From: Azolla caroliniana
Lineage: Eukaryota > Plantae > Polypodiophyta
NCBI GenBank assembly: GCA_043228905.1
Contig: JBHGNT010000002.1
Coordinates: 7,626,001-7,690,000 of the forward strand
DNA length: 64,000 nucleotides
Direction: 5' to 3'
In this document: positions 36,388 through 49,260 of the stretch, piece after piece
Numbering within the stretch: position 1 is the stretch's first letter
Layout of the letters: each line of letters starts with the position of its first letter
Notes under the pieces: model-generated
Database searches by the model: none
The model's input: the letters and a program-made list of their open reading frames with translations, nothing else
Told to the model about the DNA's origin: nothing
Translations under genes and position numbers: made by a program

Positions 36388-38679
36388 TCGTCCGAATGGA
36401 GAATAAACATTCGGCCTTCCTTTCTTGTTCTGGCTATGAGTCGGTCATTCTTTTCTATAAAGCATCCTCCTTTGTTGAAAGAGACTTGCATGCCTTGGTC
36501 CACGATTTGGCCAACCGGTACCAGATTCTTTGTTATTAATAATTATAAGAACATGCAAGACATTCTTGATACAATTGTTTTTTCTTTCTTTGTTGAATGG
36601 AACATTGCCAGTGTGCCGAATGGGATGTGTGGTGTCGTCTCCCGTATCTATGTAGCTAGGTCGATTCGACATTCTTAAGTCACGAAACCATTTGTTGTGT
36701 GACTTCATATGATTTGAGGCACCAAAGTTGACGAACCACACATCTTCCGAGTCGGAAGTGCATGTGGAGTCAGAGGCCGACATAGTGGTCCTATTTGGTC
36801 AGCCTTTTGGGCCTTGGCTTTTCGATTCTTTTGACTTTGCCTTTTTGGCTTGTCAGATTGGGTTGGTCCTTGACTTTCCTTCTACTACTATTTGTTTGAC
36901 TTTCTTCTGTTCAGTCGCTTGTTGTAGTCCAATCATTTTCCTCAGTGTTCCGAAACGTTGTGCTAGGAGTGGCTTTGTCAGTCAATCGACGATGTTCACC
37001 TCAACGTTGATCTTCCGAACTTCAAGCTTCTTTTCTTTTACAAGCTCCTAGATACGATGAAACCATTCCTCAATGTGTTTCGTCTTCACATGATAGACAA
37101 GATTCCTAATGAGGTGTATTGTGCTCTCTTAGTCACAATAGATGGTCGGCATTAAAAGATCGATTCTACTTGTAGGCAAAAAATCGGCAGATAGTCGGTG
37201 CAGCCAGACTGCTTCCTTCACTGCTTCCAACACTGTTATGTACTCTGCCTCTTTAGTAGATAGGGTTGTGCACTGCCTCCCAATGCTTCCATCCTATGTT
37301 CGACATGTACTGGCAAACAATCCCTATGACATAGGCAAGGTCGGGTCGGGCTACCACCATAATTTGTGTACATGATACTTCCTATGGCCGATGCATAGAG
37401 TATTTTTCCATTGAACTTTCTCTGCTCATTTGTCGAAGGAGAGTCTTTGTCCGATAGTATGATAGACCGCTTTAGCACCTTACAAATATAGTCGGATTGG
37501 GAGAGTTGGAGAGTCTTTGTCGTCCAACTTCGCTTGATCCTCATGCTAAGTATGTGTCGAGCTTTTCCGAGTTCCTTCATCACAAATTTTCCATGAAGGC
37601 TCTTGTTTAGTTTTCCGATCTCTACTTGATTACTCCCTGCAATGAGCATGTCATTGACGCATAGGATTAGATAGATACGAGACTTGTCAGCCAATTCCTA
37701 GATATAGAAACATGGGTTGGAGTTGGACCGGCGGTAGCCAAGCTACTGAATGTAGGTTCAGATCCTTCAATCGGCTTTGTTCGCTGATCGACATTGGTTG
37801 AACTGTCCTCAAGATTCCTTCTGAATGACTCACCTATACAATAGGATTTCGGTGATGTTGAGTCATCCTCCCCTTCTTTAGGATTGATTGACGGATTGAC
37901 TAGTACCTTGGTTGGTTCTATGCGACCTTTTGGTAACTTGGGCCTATTTGGGTGATTTGGTCATTTCAACTCTGTCTCTTTCACCTCTTGTAAATCTCTT
38001 AGTCAAATCAATTCTGACTAGTGGACCTCTTGCCGATTTGGATTCGATAAAGTGGTTGCTGGCTTGGTTTTCTTCGACTGTTTCTTGAGTCGCTAGTTCG
38101 GCCCGATGGGTTGGTCCTTCTATGACATCTTTGTTGATTTTGAAGGAAACCTTTTTGCCAACCGTTTTTGGTTGGTTCCTTTTTAGAGAGAATCAAGTCT
38201 TCATTGAAGACTACGTCACTACTCCGGATCAAATTCTGGTTCTCTAGATCTCGTGGCCTATAGCCATATTCCCCATTGGTTTCATAATTGAGAAATATGC
38301 ACTTTGTTGCATGGGGCGCTGACTTGGTCCTTTACTCCCTGGGGATAAATGCATAAGCTTCACATTCCGCCACTCCATTCTGCATGGGTTGATCCATTCT
38401 GTTGGATTGTTTGGTTGATCCATTTTGCCACTCTATTTTGCATGGGTGTGTAAGGAAAAGTCTTTTGGTGTCGAATCACTTTGTTAGGCAGGTAATGCAT
38501 GAAGCCTCGGGAGGTATATTCGCCTCCATTGTCGAATCAGAGTATGTTTGCTTTTTATCCTGATAAGTTCTCCACTTCAACTGTCCACCGAGTGAAGACC
38601 TCGAGGGCTTCATCTTTTGACCTAATCGAGTAGGCCCAGACCTTCAGTGTATAGTCATCTACAAATGTCATGAAGTACT

Positions 38680-39097
38680 TGTCATAATATGGCAAGACTC
38701 GAACCCATGACCTTATGCTACATGGGTCGAGCTCTTGACCATTAGACTATACATTGTAATACGTAGAATATTATTTTCTTTTATGTTTTATTATAGAAAA
38801 TTGATGTATATTCTAGATTTCTCTGGAACATTCTAGAAACTTCAGGAGTATTCCTTAGAACACTATAAAAGGAGGGACAAGGCATTATTTCGAACCAAAT
38901 CGGTTCAACGCCAGTCTTAAGCCTCCTAGCTACTGTACATTTTCTTCACATAATATATATCTTTTCTTATCATCACTCTCTCTCTCTCTCTCTCTCGATC
39001 TCTCTCTCCCTCCCTCTCACTCACTCTTTCCTTCTCTCGAGAGTTCTTCACCTCTCATAGTACTAATTCCTTCTCTGTCTTAGTACCGTTCCTGACA
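38680..39097 (+). repeat. 5' LTR of G1
   Basis: TGTCA...TGACA; repeat of 45365-45792. Confidence 0.94.
38826..38870 (+). promoter_or_regulatory. G1 LTR promoter: HSE and TATA box
   Basis: GAAcaTTCtaGAAacTTC at 38826-38843; TATAAAA at 38864-38870. Confidence 0.7.
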
Positions 39098-39118
39098 GTT
39101 TGAACCGATTTTCCCTAC

Positions 39119-39866
39119 TGATAGGGTGTATAAGATAATAGATAGTTATACACTATATGAGGGCTTGACCAAACCGATTAGATGGAGTTGAAAATCATAA
39201 TATATTATATAGCTCTAGGTAATTATGATTAAAGAGTATAACTCAAGAAACTAAGAAAAAAGATAGAGAAAACGAGCAAGAAATAAGAATGTTCTGATAT
39301 TCCAACATCAAGAGAATACAAAGGAGACAAACTCCACATTGAACTAAAACCAAAGACCTTCCTCTTCTAAGACACTTTCTCTTCCACAAAGACACTTCTT
39401 CCTAACACTCCTCATCCACTCTTTGGCCTTCCCTCTTAGCCCCCTTCTCACTAATATCACTTCTTCTTTTATAACCTTCCTCTTCTTATCCACGGTCATG
39501 CTATTTTTAGAAGCTTTTTATCTCCCTATTTTTAGCTATGACACATCGACCTTCTAATCGTCATATCTCCCTCATCCGATATCCAAATTAAGCGATTTAA
39601 AAAGCTATAGAAAGCTCTTTTTACAAGCTTTCTAATCCATATTTAAACGTGATATTTGGATAAACAACGAGGGAGTTATGACCATTCTATTTTTACTGTT
39701 TTTTATAGTCTGCGTTTTCTCTTTTTACTTTTCTCTTGGTCTCGTACTTTTACTTTTGACTTCTTCCCTAAGGTCTTAGTTCGTGTTCTTATCCTCAAAA
39801 GGTGAATTATCTATACTTTATATTCTCCCAATGTTCAATGGCTTAGATTCTAAAAACACTTTCACA
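39119..39866. mobile_element. Solo LTR, 748 bp, inserted in the G1 5' UTR
   Basis: TG...CA ends; TSD CCTAC at 39114-39118 and 39867-39871; no coding sequence. Confidence 0.8.
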
Positions 39867-39924
39867 CCTACCTTCTGTCTCTCTCATTTCCTACTAATCT
39901 CTTATTCCTCTTTTCTTTCATCCC

Positions 39925-42900
39925 ATGGCCACTGTTAGCGCTGAAGAATATCAATCTGTTTTCTCGGAATTTCAATGCTTGAAAGAGAAGTTCCATGCTT
40001 TGGAACAAGAAAACCAACGGTTGCTGAGGGATCTTCAACAAATCTCCTTAGAAAAGCAACAAACACAACAACAACATGGGGAACTTGCGTTACGCGTGCA
40101 ACAACTCGAAGCAACCATCGTAGCGATGCAACAACAAGGGCCCGGAACACAAGGGATTCATAAAGAACCCAAGATTGGCCTTCCTATGAAGTTCGATGGA
40201 ACGCGATCGCAGTTTAGAGGGTTCCTTAACCAGGTACGATTAGTTATTTAAATGCATCCTTCCCGATATCCCACCGATGCATCACGAGTGGGTTTAGTAG
40301 GCACTTTGTTAAGTGGCTCAGCGTTGGCATGGTTCGCTCCGCTATTAGAAAAGGAATCTCCGTTACTCAACAATTTTGAAGAGTTTCTAGGTGAGTTTAA
40401 AGCATGTTTCGGAGATACTGACAGCATCAGGACCGCAATCAACAAAATTCGGCGATTACGCCAAGGTGACCGTCCAGCCTCCGCATACGCTGTAGATTTT
40501 TGCCTACTCGCCGCCGATATCCCTTGGGATGATTAAGCGTTGATGGAGCAATTCCGTTATGGTTTACACAACGACGTCAAGGATTTACTCTTGACCTTCC
40601 CCGAAGAGCCAAAGTCCTTAACAGAAGCAATCAGTCGTGCGGTGAGATGTGACAACCGCCTCTTTGAGCGACGTTCGGAACGACAGCTACAGATGCCGAG
40701 GGTTAGATCAAAGCCCACCTACGCCTCAATGGTAGCAAGACCTATTTCGAGGGAGTCAGATAATGCGCCTCCAGCGAATACTCCGACTCCGATGGAGATT
40801 GACACTACACGTCGTCGAGGGCCATTATCCGAGGAAGAAAAGTAGCGACGCCGTACAAATCGACTATGTCTTTACTGCGGTGGACCAGGACATATTGCAA
40901 TAAATTGCCCCCATAGGCCAAGAAGACAGGTAAACCAAATAGTCGCTAGTTCTAATTGTACTAAACCTGAGCCTATTTCAGTAGGGATATCTGATAGTCC
41001 TAATAGTACTAATAGCCCAGATCTAGCGAACAGATTTGATGTCCTTAGTCAGTTAGAAGAAGAGTTAAACGACTAAGTCCAGCCAAAATAGGAGCCGTTT
41101 GGTTGGATAGCCCTAGATCTGTGCAACCCATTATTGGTTCCATTCCCTCTAAGAAAGTTAGTGATGTGTTCGTAGCCCAAGTGATAGTTAGTACTAAAAG
41201 TACCCCTCCAGTACATGTCCTAGCACTCCTAGATTCTGGAGCTAACTCTTGCTTTATGGATAAGAAATTTGCTCAAGCTCATAAGATATCCCTAAGAAAA
41301 CTCCAGTGTCCAGCCTCTGTAGTAGTCATTGATGGACGTCCCATTGCTTCCGGAAATATCATAGAAGAGTCAGAGCCCATTAATATTGTCCTAGATAACT
41401 TAGCATGTGTAGTATCATTTAATATTATTAGTATCCCAGAACATCCCATAGTTTTAGGATTGCCGTGGTTCAAGTTACATAACCCATACATAGATTGGAG
41501 AACAAGAGAAATCCGGTGTCGACAAACCCAAGGGTCAACTCAGAAGATGGCAACCATTTCGCTACATCAGTTGCGTAAAGAAGGGCGCAAGGAGGAAATG
41601 TAAACCCCTCCAGTACCACTAAAGAAGAATCCACCGTTCAACTTCCCGAGAAGTATCGTCATTACGCCGATGTGTTCGATAAAGTACAAGCCAACACACT
41701 TCCTCATCATTGACCGTACGATTGCCCCATCGATTTACAACCGGAAAAAGAGCCGCCATGGGGACCGATCTACAATTTGTCACCAACCGAGCTGGAAGTC
41801 CTTCGGGCATATATAGAAGAGAATTTGGAAAATGGTTTCATTCGGCATTCAAAATCTCCAGCCGGCGCGCACATTTTCTTCATCAAGAAAAAGGATGGAT
41901 CCCTTCGTCTCGTTGTAGATTACCGTGGCCTGAATAAGGTTACAATCAGGAATAGGTAATGCTCTTCCCCTTATCTCAAGTCTTTTTGAACGGATCAATG
42001 GTGCCAGGTTCTTCACGAAGATCGACTTATGGGCAGCATATAACCTCGTACGGATCCGACCAGGAGACGAATGGAAGACCGCGTTTCGTACCAGATATGG
42101 GCACTTCGAGAATACGGTCATGCCGTTCGGCCTCACTAATGCACCGACAGTCCTCCAGGACATGGCTAATGATATATTCCAAGATCTATTGGATGATTGT
42201 TTGATCATCTATTTGGATGAATTACTGGTTTATTCAAAGACCTAAGAAGAACATGATTCTCATGTACTATTAGTACTAAAACGACTTCGAGAACATGGTC
42301 TGTATGCAAAGCTGGAAAAATGTAGTTTCGGGTGCAACCAAGTGGAATTTCTTGACTACATCATTTCGTCAGAAGGCATCTCCATGGACCCAGCTAAGGT
42401 CAAAACAGTGGTAGAATGGCAGACTCCGCGTTCGGTGCGGGATGTGCAATGCTTCCTAGGCTTTGCCAATTTTTACCGGAAGTTCATACAAGATTACTCA
42501 AAGGTCGTTCTACCTCTCACACAACTTACCAGGAAGGGACAACCGTTCATCTAGTCTGAAGAAACGGACATGGCTTTCGAGAGTCTTAAAAGGGCATTTA
42601 CATCGGCTCCAATTCTAGCTCATGTCGATATGGAAAAACCATTCATTATCGAAGCTGACGCATCGGATTTTGCATTGGGGAGCATTTTGTCACAACAAGG
42701 GAATGATGAGAAGCTACATCCTATGGCTTTTCACTCACGCAAGTTTGACGCCGCCGAAATCAACTACGAAATTCATGATAAGGAGCTATTGGCAATAGTG
42801 GATTCTTTTATGCAATGGAGGCATTTTCTGGAGGGATCCTCTCATCCGGTCACCGTATTTAGTAACCACAAGAACCTTGCCTACTTTCAAGATGCTCGTG

Positions 42901-45372
42901 TGTTGAATCGACGTCAAGCTCGGTGGGCCCACTTCCTCATGCGTTTCGACTTCAAAATTACATATCGTCCGGGGAAGCACCAAGGGAAGGCATATGCATT
43001 ATCACGACGTTGGTATCTAGCACCCCATCCCGGCGAGGCAGCTTTCGATAACCAAAAACAAGTCATCTTGGGACCGGCACGACTACACGCAACACATATC
43101 TTTGACATGCCCATGGATTCCCGCGTTATCGATACCATACGCGAAGACTTGAAGACAGATGCGTTCGCCCAAGCTATACTAGCACAAATTGATCCCTCTT
43201 GAGCGTCGTGTTCATAGTCGCAACCACCAGGTACGGACTATCAACAATTTAAATACCATGATGGATTACTCTTCTTTAAAGAACGTTTGTACGTTCCTAA
43301 TGGTTCTTGCCGCCTTCAAGTAGTACAAAACTGTCATGACACATATACAACTGGGCATTTTGGTAGTACTAAAACGTTACATTTAGTACAACGATCATTC
43401 TGGTAGCCCTGTATGCGACAATTTGTCGAGGATTTTGTTCGAACGTGTAATACATGCTGCAAAGCGAAAATGCCAAGGCATCATCCATATGGTTTATTAC
43501 AACCATTACCAATTCCAAGCAAGCCGTGGCAATCCATTGCTCTAGACTTCATCACAGATCTTCCCGTTGTCGTGCCTTTCGGCTCCGGATCGTTGCGTGA
43601 GTCGGGTGGGAACCACTGGGGTTTTGGACTAGGAAGAGGAGAGTTTTAAGGCTAATAAGAATATAAATATGTTGTAAGAAAGAGTTATAGCAAACTCGTG
43701 AATCCCACGAGTGTATTGTATTAGATTAATCAATATGAATATAAGAATATAAACTTCGGTTGAAAGAGAATGATATAGAATTCTCGTGAATCCCACGAGT
43801 ATAGTTTATTAATTGGTGTTTTTTAGAAACATATCCAGTTTCCAAGTATTTCACACACAATTACATTGTGCTCCCCATCCTTATGTAGTGATGAGGAAGT
43901 CTTAGTAATCCATGCTTTTTCTCTAACTATAGACCCCATGCTTTTCCTATAGATAGACTATATGCTTTATCTAAAGTGATCATGCTTTTTTCTAACTTGT
44001 GCGTTTTTTATCATGCACGCTAGATGTGTATGTGTAGCTTTTTCTTTTGTTATGCGTTTTTCTAATGTTTATCCTAGCGTGAATTTACCTTTCTATGTGG
44101 GACATCTATGCTTTAACACTAATGAAATGCTAGTGTAATGGTAAGACATTACATTATTAACATGGAGGTGCAAGGTTTGAATCTTGCCCTATGCATGTTC
44201 CATTTATTTTGCTATTTTCTTCTATTTCTTCATTTTTTATTGAATCTAATACTATATACGTTTTTCACGTAGTGTACAAAATACACTACGACACCGTCTC
44301 TAAGGGGTTCAATGCGATTCTAACGGTGTTCGATCGATATACAAAGATGGCTCATTTCTTGCCATGTACTAAGGAGATCTCCAATGAAGACATTGCCGAA
44401 ATTGTCATGTGTGAAGTATGTCGGCATCATGGACTTCCCGATAGTATCATCAACGACCGTGGACCCCAGTTCGTGTCAAAATTCTGGAAGCACCTTTTTA
44501 ACATGCTCAAGGTCACTTGTAACCTCTCCTCCGGCTACCACCCACAAACCGATGGCCAAGCCGAACGAACCAATCAAACGTTGGAGCAGTATCTACGGTG
44601 CTTTCTCAGCTATCATTAGGATGACTGGGCAGATATTCTCCACTTCACTGAATTTGCCTATAACAACTCTATCCACGCATCCACTAAAGTTACGCCATTT
44701 TATGCTTATACGGGAAGTCACCCCCGGTGGTGTGTACTTGAAACCCTAGAGGTGTCCACAAATCCTTGCGCAGAGGATCGTTTGGAGAGGTTACGCAAGA
44801 TACAAGCGGATTTATCTACTCATCTCCAACAAGCTCAAGAAACACACAAGGTTTATGTGGATCGTCATCGACTCCCATCTAGTTTTAACATTGGAGATCG
44901 GGTATGGCTACTCCGACGACACATCAAGACTACTCGCCCATGCGAGAAGTTGGATTATCGGCGATTACGTCCCTTCCGTATTATAGGAAAGATTAATGAT
45001 GTCGCTTTTCGTCTTGATCTACCTCCACAACTTCGGATACATCCGGTGTTTCATAGTTCTCTCCTTGAACCTTATCAAGAGAGTACCATCCCAGGACGTA
45101 TTACACAACCTCCACCCTCGATCGAGCTTGAAGATGGACTTGAGTACGAGGTTGCCGCCATCCTTGATTCCAAGCTTGTTCACAACAAGCTCTACTATCT
45201 AGTCGATTGGGTAGGATATAGTCCCATCGAGCGTACTTGGGAACCGATAGAGAATGTCACCAATGCTCGTGCTCTTTTTGAAGACTTCCATCGTCAATAT
45301 CCAAACAAACCGGGTCCTCAATCCAAAACGACTTGTTGCACTGGTCGTTTTAAAAGGGGGATAGTGTCATGA
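39925..45372 (+). pseudogene. G1 gag-pol, disrupted
   Basis: Fragments are collinear with G2, with many stops and frameshifts and an insertion at 43568-44293. Confidence 0.92.
43568..44293. mobile_element. Solo LTR G3, 726 bp, inserted in the G1 integrase
   Basis: TGTCGT...ACGACA termini; 4-bp TSD CCGT; removing it restores DLPVSKG. Confidence 0.88.
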
Positions 45373-45792
45373 TATGGCAAGACTCGAACCCATGACCTTA
45401 TGCTACATGGGTCGAGCTCTTGACCATTAAACTATACATTGTAATACGTAAAATATTATTTTCTTTTATATTTTATTATAGAAAATTGATGTATATTCCA
45501 GATTTCTCTAGAACATTCTAGAAACTTCAGGAGTATTCCTTAGAACACTATAAAAGGAGGGACAAGGCATTATTTCGAACCAAATCGGTTCAATGCCAGT
45601 CTTAAGCCTCCTAGCTACTGTACATTTTCTTCACATAATATATATCTTTTCTTATCATCACTCTCTCTCTCTCTCTCTCTCCCTCCCTCCCTCTCTCTCA
45701 CTCTTTCCTTCTCTCGAGAGTTCTTCACCTCTCGTAGTACTAATACTTCTTTTAGTACTAATTCCTTCTCTGTCTTAGTAATGTTCCTGATA
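45365..45792 (+). repeat. 3' LTR of G1
   Basis: Follows the PPT; terminal CA is mutated to TA; followed by the TSD. Confidence 0.93.
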
Positions 45793-46539
45793 GTACTGGG
45801 AGCTTGCTAATGCCATAGGTTTGAGTCCCACGATTTGGCTATGCTCACGGCCCTTGCTAGACTGATTGTCATAAGTGGATACAAGTTATTATATTTGTAT
45901 CCATTTCCTATCCTCATATCTCCTCAGTTGATCATCCATGATGAGTCATTGAGAGTTGTTTTGTACCTAGCTTCGGCTAGCATGCCGATGGAGACTAGAC
46001 TCCTTTTCAGCGTGGGTACATGCCAAACTTGGTGCAGGGTGACGGTATTGCCATTTAGCAATTCAATAGGGACCTCTTTGATCCCTGCGATTATGCACTC
46101 TTGCCCGTTTCCTAGTTGGATTGTGCGGCTAGCATTGGCCGAATAGTTCAAAAACCATTCGATATTTGGGGTCACGTGAAATGTGGCACCGGAGTCTAGT
46201 AACCATGTTCGTGTGTCTTGCACATTGTATAGGACTTCTCTGATCATCAAGTCTAGCAGGGAGAGAATTTCTCTCGATGGGGAGTTAGTAACATTGATTT
46301 GGTTGCCTAGTGGAAAACGGTTCAAGTCAGATTGTCCTGAGTTCCGCTTGAATCGCCGACCATTCTCCTTCCTATTGATTGACCAACAATCAAAAGCATT
46401 GTGACTAGTTTTTTTGCAATGAGTGCAATAATCACTTGATTGAATGCAGTAATCACCTGATTGACTATTCCTCGACTTCGATCGTTGTTGGTCTCCGCAC
46501 TTGCATAAGGTCAAGCCCTCAGTAGGAGGGCAATGGCAT

Positions 46540-48108
46540 GATAGTCTTAGGTGGTTTTTTAATTAAGATTTTCCATTACCTAAGTCCAATGTTGGATCAT
46601 TACGTTTCTTTAGTGGATTTTTTCGGGCATGGGAAACTCTACGGCAAGCGCTTGTTTTCTTGCCACCGAAAAATTATCATCAATTCATGTGTCAACCTTT
46701 GATCTGGAATCCTTTATTTACAGACGAAGCTGCATGTGTTTTGGGTCTACGACCGAGGTTATCTTGGGCGGCAATGAACAGTGGGCTAGCCCGTACAGTT
46801 GCGGACAGGATAAAGTTTCTACAAACTTCAGCACACGACCAAAAGAGTATGTTGTCTAATTTAAGAGGTGCAAGGATAATGTTCTCTCAATTGTCCATGG
46901 TGTATCAGGTCACACTACCAACTTTGCAGTTTGATTATGTTCAAAGTTGGTACGGTATGTTTTCGACATTTAATATACTAATAGGAGCTCATTTATATCA
47001 TCATAATGCCAATTTTTATTGTTACGAAGTTTTGGACAATGGTAGATTGATATTAGTGGCGGAGGAGTCTTCAATTATGTCCAATGCAAAGCAGTTGCCA
47101 GTGAGAGTAATTGCTAGATTAGATAAAAAAATATTTTCCGATCCTAGACCGTTAATTGCTAACTATGCATCTCATATTTGGGTTTTACACTCTAGGTCAC
47201 TTGTCGATCTGCAGTGGGACCCATCAGATTATGGTTGGAAAGTGTCCATGTCTGACGCAACGAATAAGATTCTACCATTCTTCTCATATTCGGTGGCATT
47301 GGGTAGAAACTTTATGTTGAATCAGACCGAGTTTGTCCCAGCAAGAAAAAAGTATTGGGAGGAAGGTAATGTCTCCTCCTCTCATATGAGGATGCTTTGG
47401 AAAAGGTTTTGGGTAACTAAATGTATGAATAAGATATTGCATTTCCGTTGGTTGATGATTCACAATGCATTGCCAGTAGGTGAACTATTGAGGGGTCCTG
47501 TGAGTGATCGGTCATGTGTTATGTGTGGGTTTGCATCTGAGTCACTGCATCATGTATTTTGGGAGTGTGTGTTCGCTAAAAGGTTTTGGTTTCGAATTCT
47601 TAGACTTTTAGGTCGTAAGTATACCTCCACTATCTTCACGTGGGGTGCAGTCTTTTGGGGAATGTTGGATCAACAAACGGCCTTTTATCATTATCAGCAT
47701 TCTTCTTTGTCTATACATGTGAGAAGTTTTCAAGTATTCCAAGTATATGCTACCTCAAGTTCCTTGTAGGGAATCAAGTTCTTTTCGTGGAGTTATGTGT
47801 GGCAAATTGTTTCCTCTTTGGGTTTATGGGTTCTTTGGAAAGTTAGGTGTTCCAAACTATACAAGGATGAAAATACTCATGTTGTAGAACAAGTTAAGTC
47901 TTTTTGGGACTTATTGGTTCATACGGTTAAAGGTGATTATGACAGTTGTAAGGGATCAGGAAACACAACTAGTCAAAAAAGGAGAATTAGAAGAGTTTGG
48001 TCATCTATTCCTATCATGTTGGATGTAGAGACTAATGTTAAGTGGAATTACATACCACCTCGTTGGTTGTTCCCGCCACCAGCACCGTCCTTAGAGCATA
48101 CAACATGA
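46540..48108 (+). mobile_element. L1-type LINE, 5'-truncated ORF2 C-terminus (zf-RVT)
   Basis: KILHFRWLMIHNALPV...CVMCG...ESLHHVFWEC...W, then LWVLWKVRC; one break near 47769. Confidence 0.8.
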
Positions 48109-48366
48109 CTCAACATGGAAGAGGTGATTGGGGTGCATAGTAAGAGTTTTTTCATAAAAGAATTTTTTCTCGGTAATCTCCGATATGTTTGGTGCGGATA
48201 GTGAAGCACTTTACCTTACATAGGGATGATGATCTTCATCCCTTAGATAGGATGAATGATAAGGTTGTTTCATAAGGACAACAGTGTATGCATTCATTTT
48301 TGTTTATGTAGGTTTAAGCTATTGGGGATACTCGATAACAGTGAGCTGATTGATGGGGAACTTCGT

Positions 48367-48990
48367 GGACATTGGCAAGATGCTAATACGCGAGATGGCT
48401 GATGTGGACTGAATGAAGAAATTTTGCCTGTGATAAGGATGAGTGAAGATGATAGGGGTGTTGTAGCCGACTATCATGAATGGGTGAGGTTTTTTCATGG
48501 ACATTGGCATGAGGCTAATCAGCTAGACGGTTGATGTGGACTGAACGAAGAAATTTTTCTGTGATTAGGATAAGTGAAGATGGTGGGGAGGTCGAAGCCG
48601 ACTAGCACGACTGGGTGAGAAAATGTTTAGACTAATTTTTTGTTCATTAATATAGGATATGCATGGACACTGGCACCATGTTAATCGGTGAGATGGCTGA
48701 TGTCAACTGAACGAAGAAATTTTTCTAGGTTAAGGATGAGTGAAGATGGTGGGGAGGGTCGAAGCCAATTATCAGGAGTGGGTGAGGAAATGTTTAGACT
48801 AATTTTCGTTGATTAATACAGGATATGCGTGGACATTGGAACCATGTTAATCGGTGAGATGACTGATGTCGACTAAATGAAGAAATATTTGTTGTGTTAA
48901 GGATGAGTGAAGATGGTGGGGAGGGTTGAAGCCAATTATCAGGAGTGGGTGAGGAAACTTTTGGACTGATTTTGTTCTTAACACAGGATT
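48367..48990 (+). repeat. Four diverged tandem units of 132-166 bp
   Basis: GGACATTGG...GGATGAGTGAAGATG units start at 48367, 48499, 48665 and 48831. Confidence 0.8.
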
Positions 48991-49026
48991 ACCAACAAGA
49001 TATAATCCCAATTCAAAACCAGGTTC

Positions 49027-49260
49027 AATCTTGCATTGGAAAAAGGCAGAGAAAGGTATATAAAGACTGAGAAGATGGGCAGGCTGAAGAGAAAGCAGGT
49101 TTTTTGGCAATGTTTAAGCCGATGTTTACAGGTCCAAGAGTTTGGACAGGTTATGAATCTTGCATTGGAAAAAGGCAGAGAAAGATATATAAAGACTGAG
49201 AAGATCGGCAGGCTGAAGAGAAACCAGGTTTTTTGGCAATGTTTAAGCCGATGTTTACAG
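49027..49260 (+). repeat. Direct duplication of about 105 bp
   Basis: AATCTTGCATTGGAAAAAGG...GATGTTTACAG at 49027-49131 and 49156-49260. Confidence 0.9.

Larger units (their letters stand above)
38680..45792 (+). mobile_element. Ty3/gypsy chromovirus G1 (Tcn1-like), full length, degenerate, with two solo-LTR insertions
   Basis: LTRs 38680-39097 and 45365-45792; TSD GTACT at 38675-38679 and 45793-45797; PPT AAAAGGGGGATAG before 45365; gag from 39925; PR, RT YLDE, RH, IN and chromodomain YEVAAILDS..DWVGY..TWEP. Confidence 0.96.
36388..46514 (-). mobile_element. Heavily decayed Ty1/copia remnant(s) E, split by gypsy G1
   Basis: Zinc knuckle and WLLDSGATFH at 45924-46514; integrase YFMTFVDDY next to 38679; RT/RH remnants at 37050-37700; a second-family protease fragment VWFVNFGASNHM at 36445-36783. 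Confidence 0.8.
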
